A DNA stretch of 63,297 bases, the filler included, from Clostridiaceae bacterium (GTDB taxonomy: Bacteria > Bacillota > Clostridia > CAYPLH01 > DUMO01): assembly GCA_012839865.1 (NCBI GenBank). It is 3 parts of 3 records of this genome, joined end to end, with 100 filler letters (N's around TTAATTAATTAA, not from the genome) between each part and the next. Parts side by side here need not be neighbours in the genome. Positions count along the whole stretch, not along the records: positions 46,975 to 63,297 come from DUMO01000048.1; 2 more parts are not named here. One strand, given 5' to 3'. Position 1 is the stretch's first letter. Each line of letters begins with the position of its first letter. The translations under genes and the position numbers were made by a program. The notes below the pieces were generated by a model. The model did no database searches and was not told the origin of the DNA. It saw nothing but the letters and a program-made list of their open reading frames with translations. Below, in pieces: positions 50,801 to 60,003 of the stretch.

Positions 50801-52963
50801 ATTGATATAAGCGGAAGCTGGTATGTTGATGATTTTGATTACTCGGGAGATTTTACAGAGACGAAAGAATTTTCTGTAGAACTTTCAGGACTTGGTGAAG
50901 GTATGCATACATTGAACATAAGCGGAAAAGATGCTGACGGAGACAGTTTCCGTGTATCTAAGGTCTTTAAGGTGGATACGCTTCCACCCAGGCTTTTATT
51001 GTCATCTCCAATAAACGGCAGTACTTTCAGTCCTCAGGGAACTCTCGAAATCAGCGGAATAACCGATGACGATGCCAGGTTTACCATTGTTGTGGACGGC
51101 GAGACCAAGGTGAGCAGACGAAGCATCAGTGAGCTCAATGGCAGCATCAATCCGGACGGTGTATTCAGTTTCAATATTAATGTTGATCCTGGTGTATCCT
51201 CCCATAGAATTGCAATAACCGTCAGTGATAAATCAGGAAACCGGTTTACCCGGGAAGCAGTTGTTATGAATTCAGGCCTGTCAAAAATTAATAACTTGAG
51301 TGTCTTTGTTGACGGCGTGCAGTACACAAACAGGAATATCAAACTTGATTCTTCAGGCAGTACAACAGCACAGCTCAGTCTTGTTGCTGAAACGGAAAAC
51401 AGCAGCTTTGTCATTAATGATTATGAGCTTGTCTCCTGGAGTGTTCATACAGTTAAAGGAAGTGCATCGGTAAGTGACAATGGCATGCTTATTGTTGCAA
51501 AAGACAGCATAGGCTACGTCACCGGGGAGTTTAAGGTGGCGGAAAATGCCTCTATGACGGCATCAGCCACATTTGGAGCAGATGTCTACAGCAAACCTCT
51601 TTCTGAATATCATACGCTGACTCTTGGTGCAAGCATAGGCGGCAGAGTATCCGGCTCCGGCAGCTATGCCAAGGGAACAGAGGTGGCAATAACTGCAGAA
51701 CCTTCATCAGGTTATGAATTTGTGCGCTGGAGAGTCTTAGGTGATGTTTCGGTTGAAATAGCCGATCCGGCTTCCAGTCAGACAACAGTTATAATGCCTG
51801 ACAGTGACGTGAGCATAGTCGCTGAATTTGAATATATAGATGAAACTGATGAAGATGAAGAAGATGAAGAAGATGAAGAACCGGAAGCACCAACCGGGGA
51901 TGAAGAAGATGAAGAACACGAAGAACCGGAAGTACCAACCGGAGAGGAAGAAGTGCAGGAACTTGTTACATTGACTCTGGATGCCGGGGAATATGGAACC
52001 GTATACGGCTCGGGCAGTTATGAAACAGGCACAGAGGTGAATATATCCGCAGTACCGGCGGAAGGATATAAGTTTAAAGGATGGAAAGTCTCCGGTGATG
52101 TCCAGGTAACAATTGCAAACCCTGAATCCGCACAAACAACTGTAATAATTCCCGACAGGGATATAACCATAATTGCTGAATTTGAATATGTGAAGACCGG
52201 TGAAGTCCCCGAGGATACAAATATTATCAAGGCCGGGGAAAAGTCTTATATCCCGCTGGAAGCCGGAATGAATAAGAACAGAATGGTTGTATGCACACTG
52301 GTTGACGGAGTGGAGCAAATAGTTCAAATGTGCGCTGTAAGCGATGGAAATATGTATTTCATCGCACCGGTTGACGGGGTTTATTACCTGAAAGAGATTG
52401 ATGTATTATTCTCAGACATTTCAGGCCATTGGGCAAAGGAATATATTGAGTCTGCTACTGTGAAAAACCTGTTTAAAGGAATAAGCGTCAAACTGTTTTA
52501 CCCCGACGGGTATATGACCCGTGCAATGTTTGTTACAGTGCTAGGAAGATTGCGCGGTATTAACGTGGATGAATATCAGGGATCAAGTTTTAATGATGTT
52601 GTACCTGGAGAGTGGTATTCACCTTATGTTGAATGGGCTGCTCAAAATGGCATAATCCATGGCTATGGGAACGGTTATTTCGGTACAAACGATGAAATAA
52701 CCCGTGAACAGATGTGTGTAATGCTGGAGCGGTACGTTAAATTTGCAAAATATGACCTGCCGGAAGTAAATGAAGTTACCATTTTTGCTGATCATGACAA
52801 CATAAGCAGTTGGGCTAAAGCTTCGGTATATTATGCACAAAGGACAGGACTTGTGATAGGTATGGGGAATAACCTTTTCAATCCGTTGTGTAAGGCGACA
52901 CGGGCGGAAGTAGCAACGATATTTGACAGGCTGATATTAAGAATTATTGATTCTCTTAAGTAA
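47882..52963 (+). CDS. Giant SLH-anchored surface protein, probably N-terminally truncated (beta-rich region, Ig/FN3-like modules, 2 InlB-B-repeat-like domains, acidic linker, 3 SLH)
   Basis: Frame is protein-like from about 47882 with no signal peptide or RBS; two TLTL...G.V.GSGSY..GTEV.I.A.P..GY.F..W repeats; FSDISGHWA, MTRAMF, ITREQM and ATRAEVA SLH motifs. Confidence 0.75.
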   Translation, partial: GEFVEKEDPNSNSNDKSYIATSIKTTDSSGNSTVNNTVTINNCIDFEDGTLSVYYHYENGVPNSVYVDFDGSLYTSIERTSIWKGKAALTEIKNGSEYGLVPYNNGGNKMSGFNENTITLIWPNAYGLGQTLAGMVFKMTYGSLGIMYDTTDTSIVQLTDSTSVLGYVLSFSAALDLGFLIPKSKKAKEEDEKNSLDAGTELYWLAKDPEGELRSLWNHYFEQTKKKETQTGKEYTKGKASVLVDDVLFGCGKGFMGVNFTVDVALPAYVDSMPSLTGKLMINTINNWSFGVKGKCQFTKIILEAELLVKSYKNIPIPDKLYFYVEGFEPGINIDGFGVIWITGGGGGFDKLYDTIFASNGIPPLKLMLSVAFDVFKVLSARADLSLSLRGIGLNVEGVKVKGIDIEIIKKMQLTFDWYPDIYFMAAVSATYYAILEGQGYIVIIDNEKYKGFFEGFLRGKIKIPSAIPIIGGLELAGIDLGLNNQKIWGSATALGAVNFSVVYYWGADIDISLKKNENAQPTFPELLSQGGIPVYYDAETDRTMYMSIGNNITVAAMPEITDNIANTPRLMASMPQVYSDSAKERHIVNAGSYSGVKYAYTITFDAQSLEEARTIAAGFSITDDSGDPFDLDYYSVSANNLNTANANVTFDEEAGKGTLGIVLSKSDHYDKNWNIDTTGVPADIVLFEMGELPKVTTISHTLTGNGIDVSWDGTQLDMLDSLSFYLTKDPEGNESGELIASFTESNDLASKNKTLTIPGSLASGNYYLRAVYSQENAVNGVIISDIPISYTNNNQPSDPSGVIITNAGDLSFNVNIEGDTNADGYLVSVYEIVAGNLVETDITHMAFDKEEGVLPQILVGGSYQGFDMDNNPKTYGLLAGKNYRVGVKSYKYVDEDDDGLTEYVIYGNEVLSNVENLKAVTPPDIRITEKTPFKLIDEKQWGLDQNGNPAEINVDVETFNVPDVEYLVESPDIDISGSWYVDDFDYSGDFTETKEFSVELSGLGEGMHTLNISGKDADGDSFRVSKVFKVDTLPPRLLLSSPINGSTFSPQGTLEISGITDDDARFTIVVDGETKVSRRSISELNGSINPDGVFSFNINVDPGVSSHRIAITVSDKSGNRFTREAVVMNSGLSKINNLSVFVDGVQYTNRNIKLDSSGSTTAQLSLVAETENSSFVINDYELVSWSVHTVKGSASVSDNGMLIVAKDSIGYVTGEFKVAENASMTASATFGADVYSKPLSEYHTLTLGASIGGRVSGSGSYAKGTEVAITAEPSSGYEFVRWRVLGDVSVEIADPASSQTTVIMPDSDVSIVAEFEYIDETDEDEEDEEDEEPEAPTGDEEDEEHEEPEVPTGEEEVQELVTLTLDAGEYGTVYGSGSYETGTEVNISAVPAEGYKFKGWKVSGDVQVTIANPESAQTTVIIPDRDITIIAEFEYVKTGEVPEDTNIIKAGEKSYIPLEAGMNKNRMVVCTLVDGVEQIVQMCAVSDGNMYFIAPVDGVYYLKEIDVLFSDISGHWAKEYIESATVKNLFKGISVKLFYPDGYMTRAMFVTVLGRLRGINVDEYQGSSFNDVVPGEWYSPYVEWAAQNGIIHGYGNGYFGTNDEITREQMCVMLERYVKFAKYDLPEVNEVTIFADHDNISSWAKASVYYAQRTGLVIGMGNNLFNPLCKATRAEVATIFDRLILRIIDSLK
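51840..51955 (+). repeat. Imperfect tandem repeat encoding an Asp/Glu-rich linker
   Basis: GATGAAGAA units and two copies of GAAGAACCGGAAG(C/T)ACCAACCGG. Confidence 0.75.
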
Positions 52964-52980
52964 CAGCATGTCAAGTGTCA

Positions 52981-53238
52981 AGGGGATGGTTAATGTGAAA
53001 GTTGAAATACTTTAATGTATTTTACTGTGAAAGCTCTCTTTCATGGTTGTTCTTATGACAAAATTATCTGGGACCGGGACAGGGGACACCGTGTTATGTC
53101 AAAGGGACGGTTCTTATGACAAAATTGCGAGACAGGTGACGAGACAGTCTGACGGGTTTGTGTCTTATTTTCCACTGACGGCACTTTTAACCATCCCCTG
53201 TCTCGGCACAAAATAGGACACAGAACCGTCCCCTGTCC
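52981..53238. repeat. Nested cluster of REP-like inverted and direct repeats
   Basis: AGGGGATGGTTAA (52981) / TTAACCATCCCCT (53187); GGACAGGGGA (53077) / TCCCCTGTCC (53229); GGGACGGTTC (53104) / GAACCGTCCC (53223); 17-bp direct repeat GTTCTTATGACAAAATT at 53049 and 53110. Confidence 0.7.
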
Positions 53239-53283
53239 TATGGTACATGTAATAAAGAAATATATTAAAGGATCGTGAAATGA

Positions 53284-54153
53284 GTGAAAAAAATAATTGC
53301 GTTAATTCTGATTGTACTTATTATGCCGGTAATGGCTGTTAAAGCAGAAGAGGAAAAAGTTATAAGAATTGCCATAATTGATTCAGGTATTGATGAAGAT
53401 AATCCGTTGTTGGATTATTCGAAAATTGCACCGGGGAAAAGCTATATCGAAGAAGTATCATCCTGTGATGATAAAATAGGGCATGGCACTGCAATTGCCG
53501 GAATTATACAAAGCTATGCACCAGATGCATATCTTGTGCCTCTGATGTATTATTCCAGGCGTCCTTCCGGTGTACCTGCAAATGGCGGTGTAGAGGCGAT
53601 TTGCAAGGCTATTTATGATGCTGTTGATTTATATGACTGTAAAATAATAAATATAAGCTCCGGTATATATGCCGAAAATGACGAACTGGAATCAGCAATA
53701 GCATATGCTGAATCAAAAAATGTCATAGTGATTTCCGCAGTGGGAAATGATATGTTGTCTGACAGCAAAAGGGTGTTTTACCCTGCTGCCTATGATACTG
53801 TTATTGGTGTCGGCGCTATAGACAGAGGCTTTAATATAGCAAGTTTTTCCCAGCAAAATGAAAGCGTTACGACAGTAGCATATGGAGTCGATATCAAAGT
53901 CTTGTCTATAAGGAAAAGCTCAGAATACATTATGGTAAGCGGAACCTCATATAGTGCAGCTGCTTTTTGCGGACTGACGGCAAAATATATAGATGAATAC
54001 CCGAATATAACACCTGAACAGTTCAGGAAAATAATAAGCTGCTCCTGTAAAGATTTGGGAGAACCAGGCTATGACACAACATATGGGTTTGGTATGGTTG
54101 ATGAGGATAAGCTGGAAGAAAACATACAGCTTGGTGGAACTGAAAAAAATTAG
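53284..54153 (+). CDS. Secreted subtilisin-like S8 serine protease
   Basis: Signal peptide ending AVKA; triad motifs IAIIDSG, GHGTAIAG and SGTSYSA; SAVGN oxyanion motif. Confidence 0.88.
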   Translation: MKKIIALILIVLIMPVMAVKAEEEKVIRIAIIDSGIDEDNPLLDYSKIAPGKSYIEEVSSCDDKIGHGTAIAGIIQSYAPDAYLVPLMYYSRRPSGVPANGGVEAICKAIYDAVDLYDCKIINISSGIYAENDELESAIAYAESKNVIVISAVGNDMLSDSKRVFYPAAYDTVIGVGAIDRGFNIASFSQQNESVTTVAYGVDIKVLSIRKSSEYIMVSGTSYSAAAFCGLTAKYIDEYPNITPEQFRKIISCSCKDLGEPGYDTTYGFGMVDEDKLEENIQLGGTEKN

Positions 54154-54278
54154 GTATATAAAGTTTTTTCTATATAAATAAAAATATATGCAAATACGCA
54201 AAGTTTTTTCATTGAACAGAAAAAACTTTACAAGAAGAGCTTAAAGTGTTATAATCACTAACGAAAGAAGGTGTTATA

Positions 54279-55505
54279 ATGATACAGCGCAAAGAATACC
54301 TTAACAAGTTGATTTCTTTTCGCGAAAAGCAGGTAATAAAGGTTATTACCGGCGTTAGACGCTGTGGGAAGTCGACGCTGCTTTTCTTATATATGGATTA
54401 TCTTAAGTCTACTGGTATTGATGATAACCAGATAATATACGTAAACCTTGAAGATATTGAATACGAACAGCTTTGCGAATATCGACATCTATATAATTAT
54501 ATAAACGAACGACTATGTCCTGATAAATACACTTATGTTTTTATCGACGAGGTTCAGAACTGCAAGAGTTTCGAAAAAGCGGTTGATAGTTTGTTCATAA
54601 AAAAGAATGTCGATGTTCACATCACCGGTTCCAATGCCTATCTGTTGTCCAGCGAATTGGCTACGTTTCTTTCAGGGCGGTATGTAACAATCGATATGCT
54701 TCCCTTTTCTTTTGTGGAATTCTGTGAGGTAATAAACGACAATGCCAAAAGCAAAAATGAAAAGTTCAACAATTATTTGCGCTACGGTTCCTTTCCTTAT
54801 GTTGCATGCCTTGGGGACGACGAAAGTATCATTTACCCTTATATTGAGGGCATATACAACACAATCCTGATAAAGGACGTAGCGAAACGAATGAACACGA
54901 CTGACATTCCGCTGCTGGAAAGCATCATCAGATTTCTGGCTGACAGTATAGGAAGCCCTGTTTCAACAAAAAAAATCAGCGATACAATAAACTCGAGCGG
55001 ACGAAAGGTTTCAGTCAACACAGTAGGTAATTACTTACAAGCGCTGACGGACAGCTATATATTTTATAAAGCCGAGCGCTTTGACATTAAAGGACGTCAG
55101 CATCTAAAAACTTTAGGCAAATATTATTTAGTGGATACTGGTATCAGAAATCTGCTTTTGTCCGGAGAATCTTCCGATTTGGGTCATCTTCTTGAAAATG
55201 TTGTGTTTCTTGAGTTGCTTCGCAGGGGGTATAAAGTCAGCATAGGCAAACTGGCTGAAAAAGAAGTGGATTTTGTTGCCACCGATTGCAATGGAGTGGT
55301 CTATTACCAGGTATCTGCATCGGTTATAAATGAGAATACGTTAAGGCGAGAACTTGATGTGCTTCAAAGAATAAGAGATAATCATCCAAAATTTCTTTTA
55401 ACATTGGATGAAGTTGGCGCAAACACTAACCATAACGGCATCCGCCAGCTTAATTTGATTGACTGGCTACTTAAACCGGAAATAAAGGTAGGAGCGAGGA
55501 ACTAA
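54279..55505 (+). CDS. AAA_14 ATPase fused to a DUF4143 domain
   Basis: GVRRCGKS, FIDEVQ, ITGSN, YGSFP, KYYLVDTG, ENVVFLELLRRG, EVDFV, YYQVS. Confidence 0.88.
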   Translation: MIQRKEYLNKLISFREKQVIKVITGVRRCGKSTLLFLYMDYLKSTGIDDNQIIYVNLEDIEYEQLCEYRHLYNYINERLCPDKYTYVFIDEVQNCKSFEKAVDSLFIKKNVDVHITGSNAYLLSSELATFLSGRYVTIDMLPFSFVEFCEVINDNAKSKNEKFNNYLRYGSFPYVACLGDDESIIYPYIEGIYNTILIKDVAKRMNTTDIPLLESIIRFLADSIGSPVSTKKISDTINSSGRKVSVNTVGNYLQALTDSYIFYKAERFDIKGRQHLKTLGKYYLVDTGIRNLLLSGESSDLGHLLENVVFLELLRRGYKVSIGKLAEKEVDFVATDCNGVVYYQVSASVINENTLRRELDVLQRIRDNHPKFLLTLDEVGANTNHNGIRQLNLIDWLLKPEIKVGARN

Positions 55506-55789
55506 TAATGTTTTTAAACCTCAAAAATAACAACAAAAGTATTATATGAAGTTGATAAAGTAATTGCAGATATAAACCGCTTGGCTTATCCCGCATCCGG
55601 CGAAATTAAAATGTTCTTTTTTAATATATAGCAGCGAGTTATCTTTTATTTGAAAGAGTGAATACGGATGGATGGAAAGATTGATAAGAAAACAGAAGAA
55701 ATGCTGATAAGGGCGTTGGAAGGAGTGAAGTCCTATGGACAACAGTGGCAGGTAAACAGGGAGAAAGGACTTTGGAAGGAGGTCAATAT

Positions 55790-56104
55790 TTTGCCATGCT
55801 CCGATTCAAAGCCTACGCTGATTTTACAATATCTACAGAGCTGGCTGGAGTTTCCGTCCTTTGAATTTGTACAGGTTCTGGCCGGGAAAATAATAATACC
55901 CGTCAGTGGGCGTTAAAGGGGCATACTCCCAATGAACTTTTCCAGAGGGAGAAGAAATTTTTGAAGCCATTGCCGGCAGAACCTTTTAAAGTAGGCCAGT
56001 CAAATACTAAAATAATTAACCTGGCTACCCGCACAAAGGTGGGTCGAAATGATCCATGCCCGTGCAGCAGCGGTAAAAAATATAAAAAATGCTGTGGGAG
56101 ATAA
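55790..56104 (+). pseudogene. Remnant of a SEC-C motif protein (frameshifted C-terminal fragment)
   Basis: [11 protein letters not shown] in one frame, then [16 protein letters not shown]...[25 protein letters not shown] in another frame with no start codon. Confidence 0.7.
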
Positions 56105-56316
56105 TGCGGAGGATGGCCTCTCAGACGGTTCAGCCCTGCGTTAATATAAAAATGATATAATTCACATGGATATAACAATCTTGATGAATATCATGATTGA
56201 TATATAGAATAATGCTTTCAGTGTACAATACCAATTTCATATTGAGTTAAGTTATTCATGATATTATAATAATGTAAGCATATAAGAGAAGCAGACAACT
56301 AAGGAAAGGAAATCAT

Positions 56317-58080
56317 ATGAACGTTTCAAACTTAATTGAATTGTTGACCGGCGCATCCCTGTTCCTGTTTGGAATGGCATTGATGGGAGAAGGCTTGAAA
56401 CAGGTAGCCGGAAATAAACTGGAAGTTATACTTTACAAACTCACGGGGACACCACTGAAAGGTCTCCTGTTTGGTACTGGAATCACTACGGTAATTCAGT
56501 CTTCCTCAGCGACATCGGTGATGGTTGTTGGTTTTGTGAATTCAAACATTATGACAGTCAGACAAGCAATTCCTATTGTGCTTGGTGCAATTTTCGGCAC
56601 CAGCATTACCGGCTGGATTATCTGCCTGTCAGGAATCGGCGTTGGCTCAGGTTGGCTCATGCTGTTCTCTACCAGCATGTTTACATGCCTTGCTGCATTG
56701 GTTGGCATATACCTTCGCATGTTCTCAAAAGACCGCTTTAGAAACCATGTAGGAAATGTATTCCTTGGGTTTGCAGTTTTGATGTTTGGCATGTCTGTTA
56801 TGAGTGGCGCTGTAACACCATTAAAGGATAATAAGCAATTTATCAGTATTCTTACGGAATTATCCAACCCTTTTTTAGGCATTCTTGTGGGCATTGTCTT
56901 TACAAGTATTCTGCAAAGTGCTTCTGCCGCTGTGGGAATTTTGCAGGCTTTGGCCATGACAGGAACTGTTCAATTTGATATGGCGCTCCCTCTTATAATG
57001 GGCATCAGCATAGGAGCTTCCGTTCCAGTTTTGTTATCTGCCATAGGTGCAACCACCAATGGAAAGCGTACTGCCCTGGCTTATCTGACCAGCAATACGC
57101 TTGGCGTAATTCTTAGTGCGACAATATTTTATGGGTTCAACACTATTTTGAATTTTTCTTTCATTAAGGAAACCATGACAATGGTGACTGTAGCTGCACT
57201 CAACAGCATATACCGGCTTGGGGTGGTTGCAGTCCTGTTTCCTTTCTTCAGACAGCTTGAGTTCATCTCCAACCGGCTTATTCACTCCGGAAGCAAAAAT
57301 ATAGATGATGACCTTCCGATACTACCGTTGGAGGAACGATTTATAAACTATCCGTCCCTTGCTATCGAGCAATGCCATGATGCGATTAATGATATGGCCA
57401 CCAAGGCAAAAGAAAACCTATTCCTTTCATTTGAACTGCTTCGCAGTTACTCGCAGGAGAAATATGAACGTATACAGTTAATTGAGAATATCATAGACCG
57501 GTATGAGGACAAGCTCGGTACGTATCTTTTGAAAATTACGTCTAAGGAATTGAACGACAAGCAAAATGAGAGCATTGGAAAGTTTTTGCATACCATTACC
57601 GACTTTGAACGCATTTCCGATCACGCGGTGAATCTTGCGGAAGCTGGAAATGAAATTCATGAAAAAGAAGTCGTCTTTTCTGATGACGCCAAAAATGAAC
57701 TGTATACAGTGGGGAATGCTGTCGCAGATATTGTGACAATGGCATTTGACGCTTTTCTTAATAATGATTTGCAGCTTGCAGAAAAGGTGGAACCGTTGGA
57801 AGAACTTATCGACAATCTGTGCGGAGAAATGAAACTCCATCATGTGCAGAGATTGAAAGATGGCGTATGTTCCCTAAATTCGGGTTTTGTATTCAATGAT
57901 ATTTTGAACAATTATGAACGTATTGCCGACCACTGTTCCAACATAGCCGTGGCAATGATTGCGTTGGAGTCAGATTCTTTTGATACACATGAATATCTTG
58001 ACAGCGTAAAACGACTGAAAAGTGAGACCTACGCCAAGTATTTTGAGGCATATTCGAAAAAATACGTAATTGAGAATTGA
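56317..58080 (+). CDS. Na+/Pi cotransporter family protein with C-terminal PhoU-like domains
   Basis: LFLFGMALMGEGL, IQSSSATSVM, LQSASAA, DFERISDHAVN, NYERIADHCSNIA. Confidence 0.9.
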   Translation: MNVSNLIELLTGASLFLFGMALMGEGLKQVAGNKLEVILYKLTGTPLKGLLFGTGITTVIQSSSATSVMVVGFVNSNIMTVRQAIPIVLGAIFGTSITGWIICLSGIGVGSGWLMLFSTSMFTCLAALVGIYLRMFSKDRFRNHVGNVFLGFAVLMFGMSVMSGAVTPLKDNKQFISILTELSNPFLGILVGIVFTSILQSASAAVGILQALAMTGTVQFDMALPLIMGISIGASVPVLLSAIGATTNGKRTALAYLTSNTLGVILSATIFYGFNTILNFSFIKETMTMVTVAALNSIYRLGVVAVLFPFFRQLEFISNRLIHSGSKNIDDDLPILPLEERFINYPSLAIEQCHDAINDMATKAKENLFLSFELLRSYSQEKYERIQLIENIIDRYEDKLGTYLLKITSKELNDKQNESIGKFLHTITDFERISDHAVNLAEAGNEIHEKEVVFSDDAKNELYTVGNAVADIVTMAFDAFLNNDLQLAEKVEPLEELIDNLCGEMKLHHVQRLKDGVCSLNSGFVFNDILNNYERIADHCSNIAVAMIALESDSFDTHEYLDSVKRLKSETYAKYFEAYSKKYVIEN

Positions 58081-58292
58081 GCAATGAATAGTAAAAAATT
58101 ACCTATGTACCGTTATACTGGATGTAGCCTTTATTCAAATTTTTATATATAATTTTCTTAGGACAAGTATCATAATAATGGTAATTTTTATTGTTCACCC
58201 GGTTGGATTACCAGGCGGAAAAATTAAATATGCGGGTAACCCCCAAGGACGCAGGAAAACCTTATAATGACTTGTACAAAAAGGTGATAAAA

Positions 58293-59870
58293 ATGAGGAA
58301 TAATTTTGAAGACAGGCATAAGGATATTTTAGCGTCAATTCAATCGCTTCCCGGGAAAGAAGAGTTGCTTGCAAAAGTATTAGAGTTTATCCCTTATCCC
58401 ATCCAGATATACGCTCCGGATGGGACATCGGTGATGGTAAACAGGGCTATGCTGGCTGAATATAATAATGTCAGCCCGGAATTGGTTGTTGGGAAATACA
58501 ATATATTCAATGATCCCGATGTTATTTTTACAGATGAGTTCCAGAAGTTAAAGCGGGCATTTAATGGCGAAACCGTCTTTTTTCAGGATATAAAAGTGCC
58601 CCTGGAAAGCATTGTGAAACGTTACGGCATACAGGACCTGGATGTGAAGGCGGTATATCAGGATATCACGCTTTTTCCTATTACAGATGAGGAGAAGCGG
58701 GTGATATGTGTAGTTGCATTTTTTATCAATAGAAGGGTATACCGCGGAAAGATTGAAATTGAAAAAGCGAAAGAATTCATAAAAAACCATTGGCTGGAGC
58801 CTTTTAATTTGAGCAATACGGCAAAGGCAGTCTTCCTAAGCAAAGCACAATTCTCCAAGCTATTTAAGAAGCATACCGGTGTAACACCTCATGAGTATTA
58901 TATTAATTATAAACTCAACAAATTGAAAGAGAAGCTGGTAGACAGCAACCTTACCATCGCCCAGGCTTTTGCCGCATGCAACATGAATTATAGCAGCAGC
59001 TCTGCCAGACTATTTAAGGATAGAACCGGCCTTTCACCATCCGCCTATCGTAAAATGTTTATGCAAAAAAGTAATGAGGGTCGTTCAATAAAAGGTCAGC
59101 CTGAAGATACACATAGGATATTGGCAGAATTTCCCCATTCTCTTTCTGCAGAACAAGATTTGTTTGCCAAAGTAATCGAGTGTTTTCCCTATCCGATTCA
59201 GGTTTTTTCCATTGACGGAACTGCCAGATTCATCAATAAAGCTGCGCTGGATATGATAGGCATAAGAAGCGTGGAATCCCATGTGGACAATTACAATTGT
59301 TTTAGGGACCCCATCGTGATGGAGCTTGGACATTTAGATAAATTGAGACAGGTGTTGACGGGAAAAACCGTACATCTTAAAGATTTTAATGCACCCTATC
59401 AGGATATGATCAAACATTTTAATGTAGTAGACAGGGATATATATACAATAAGTTCGGATATAACCTGTTTCCCTTTGTTTAGCGCTGAGGGTGAAGTGGA
59501 GTATTTTGCCGCAATTTTTATCTTCAAAAAAATATATTGGGGAAGAGAAGAAATTGGCAGGGGCAAACATTACATAGAAAGCCATTGGCTGGAACCTTTC
59601 AGCTTGAGCAACACGGCGAAGGCGGCATGCCTGAGCAAAGCGCAATTCTGCAAGCTATTCAAGAAGCATACCGGCCTAACGCCGCAGGAGTATTATTTGA
59701 ATTATAAAATAAGTAAATTGAAGGAAATGCTTTTAGATACAAATCTGACCATTGCACAGGCCTTCAGTGCCTGCAACATGGATTATAATGGCCATTCTGC
59801 AAGAATCTTCAGGGAAAGGACAAGTCTCTCCCCTTCAGATTACCGTAAATTGCACAGTCAAAAACAATAA
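58293..59870 (+). CDS. Transcriptional regulator with two tandem PAS-like + AraC-HTH modules
   Basis: Repeated F.PYPIQ...DGT...N and HWLEPF.LSNTAKA..LSKAQF.KLFKKHTG.TP.EYY...GLSPS.YRK; ATG 58293 behind AAGGTG. Confidence 0.8.
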   Translation: MRNNFEDRHKDILASIQSLPGKEELLAKVLEFIPYPIQIYAPDGTSVMVNRAMLAEYNNVSPELVVGKYNIFNDPDVIFTDEFQKLKRAFNGETVFFQDIKVPLESIVKRYGIQDLDVKAVYQDITLFPITDEEKRVICVVAFFINRRVYRGKIEIEKAKEFIKNHWLEPFNLSNTAKAVFLSKAQFSKLFKKHTGVTPHEYYINYKLNKLKEKLVDSNLTIAQAFAACNMNYSSSSARLFKDRTGLSPSAYRKMFMQKSNEGRSIKGQPEDTHRILAEFPHSLSAEQDLFAKVIECFPYPIQVFSIDGTARFINKAALDMIGIRSVESHVDNYNCFRDPIVMELGHLDKLRQVLTGKTVHLKDFNAPYQDMIKHFNVVDRDIYTISSDITCFPLFSAEGEVEYFAAIFIFKKIYWGREEIGRGKHYIESHWLEPFSLSNTAKAACLSKAQFCKLFKKHTGLTPQEYYLNYKISKLKEMLLDTNLTIAQAFSACNMDYNGHSARIFRERTSLSPSDYRKLHSQKQ

Positions 59871-60003
59871 AAATAATATTTTTCTTACTAAATTTAATCA
59901 TATTCAACCTATCTTCACAGCCTGCCGGAATAATAGAATACTAGTAGCAATTTACCATTGCTGGCAGCATTCAGATGAAAAAAACTTCTGAGGGGGAGTT
60001 AGA

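Noticed and set aside
58195..58260. GGACGCA-containing leader resembling a c-di-GMP-I riboswitch
   Set aside because: It lacks the upstream GGCAAA element, the GNRA-capped P2 stem and the GCAAAG continuation.
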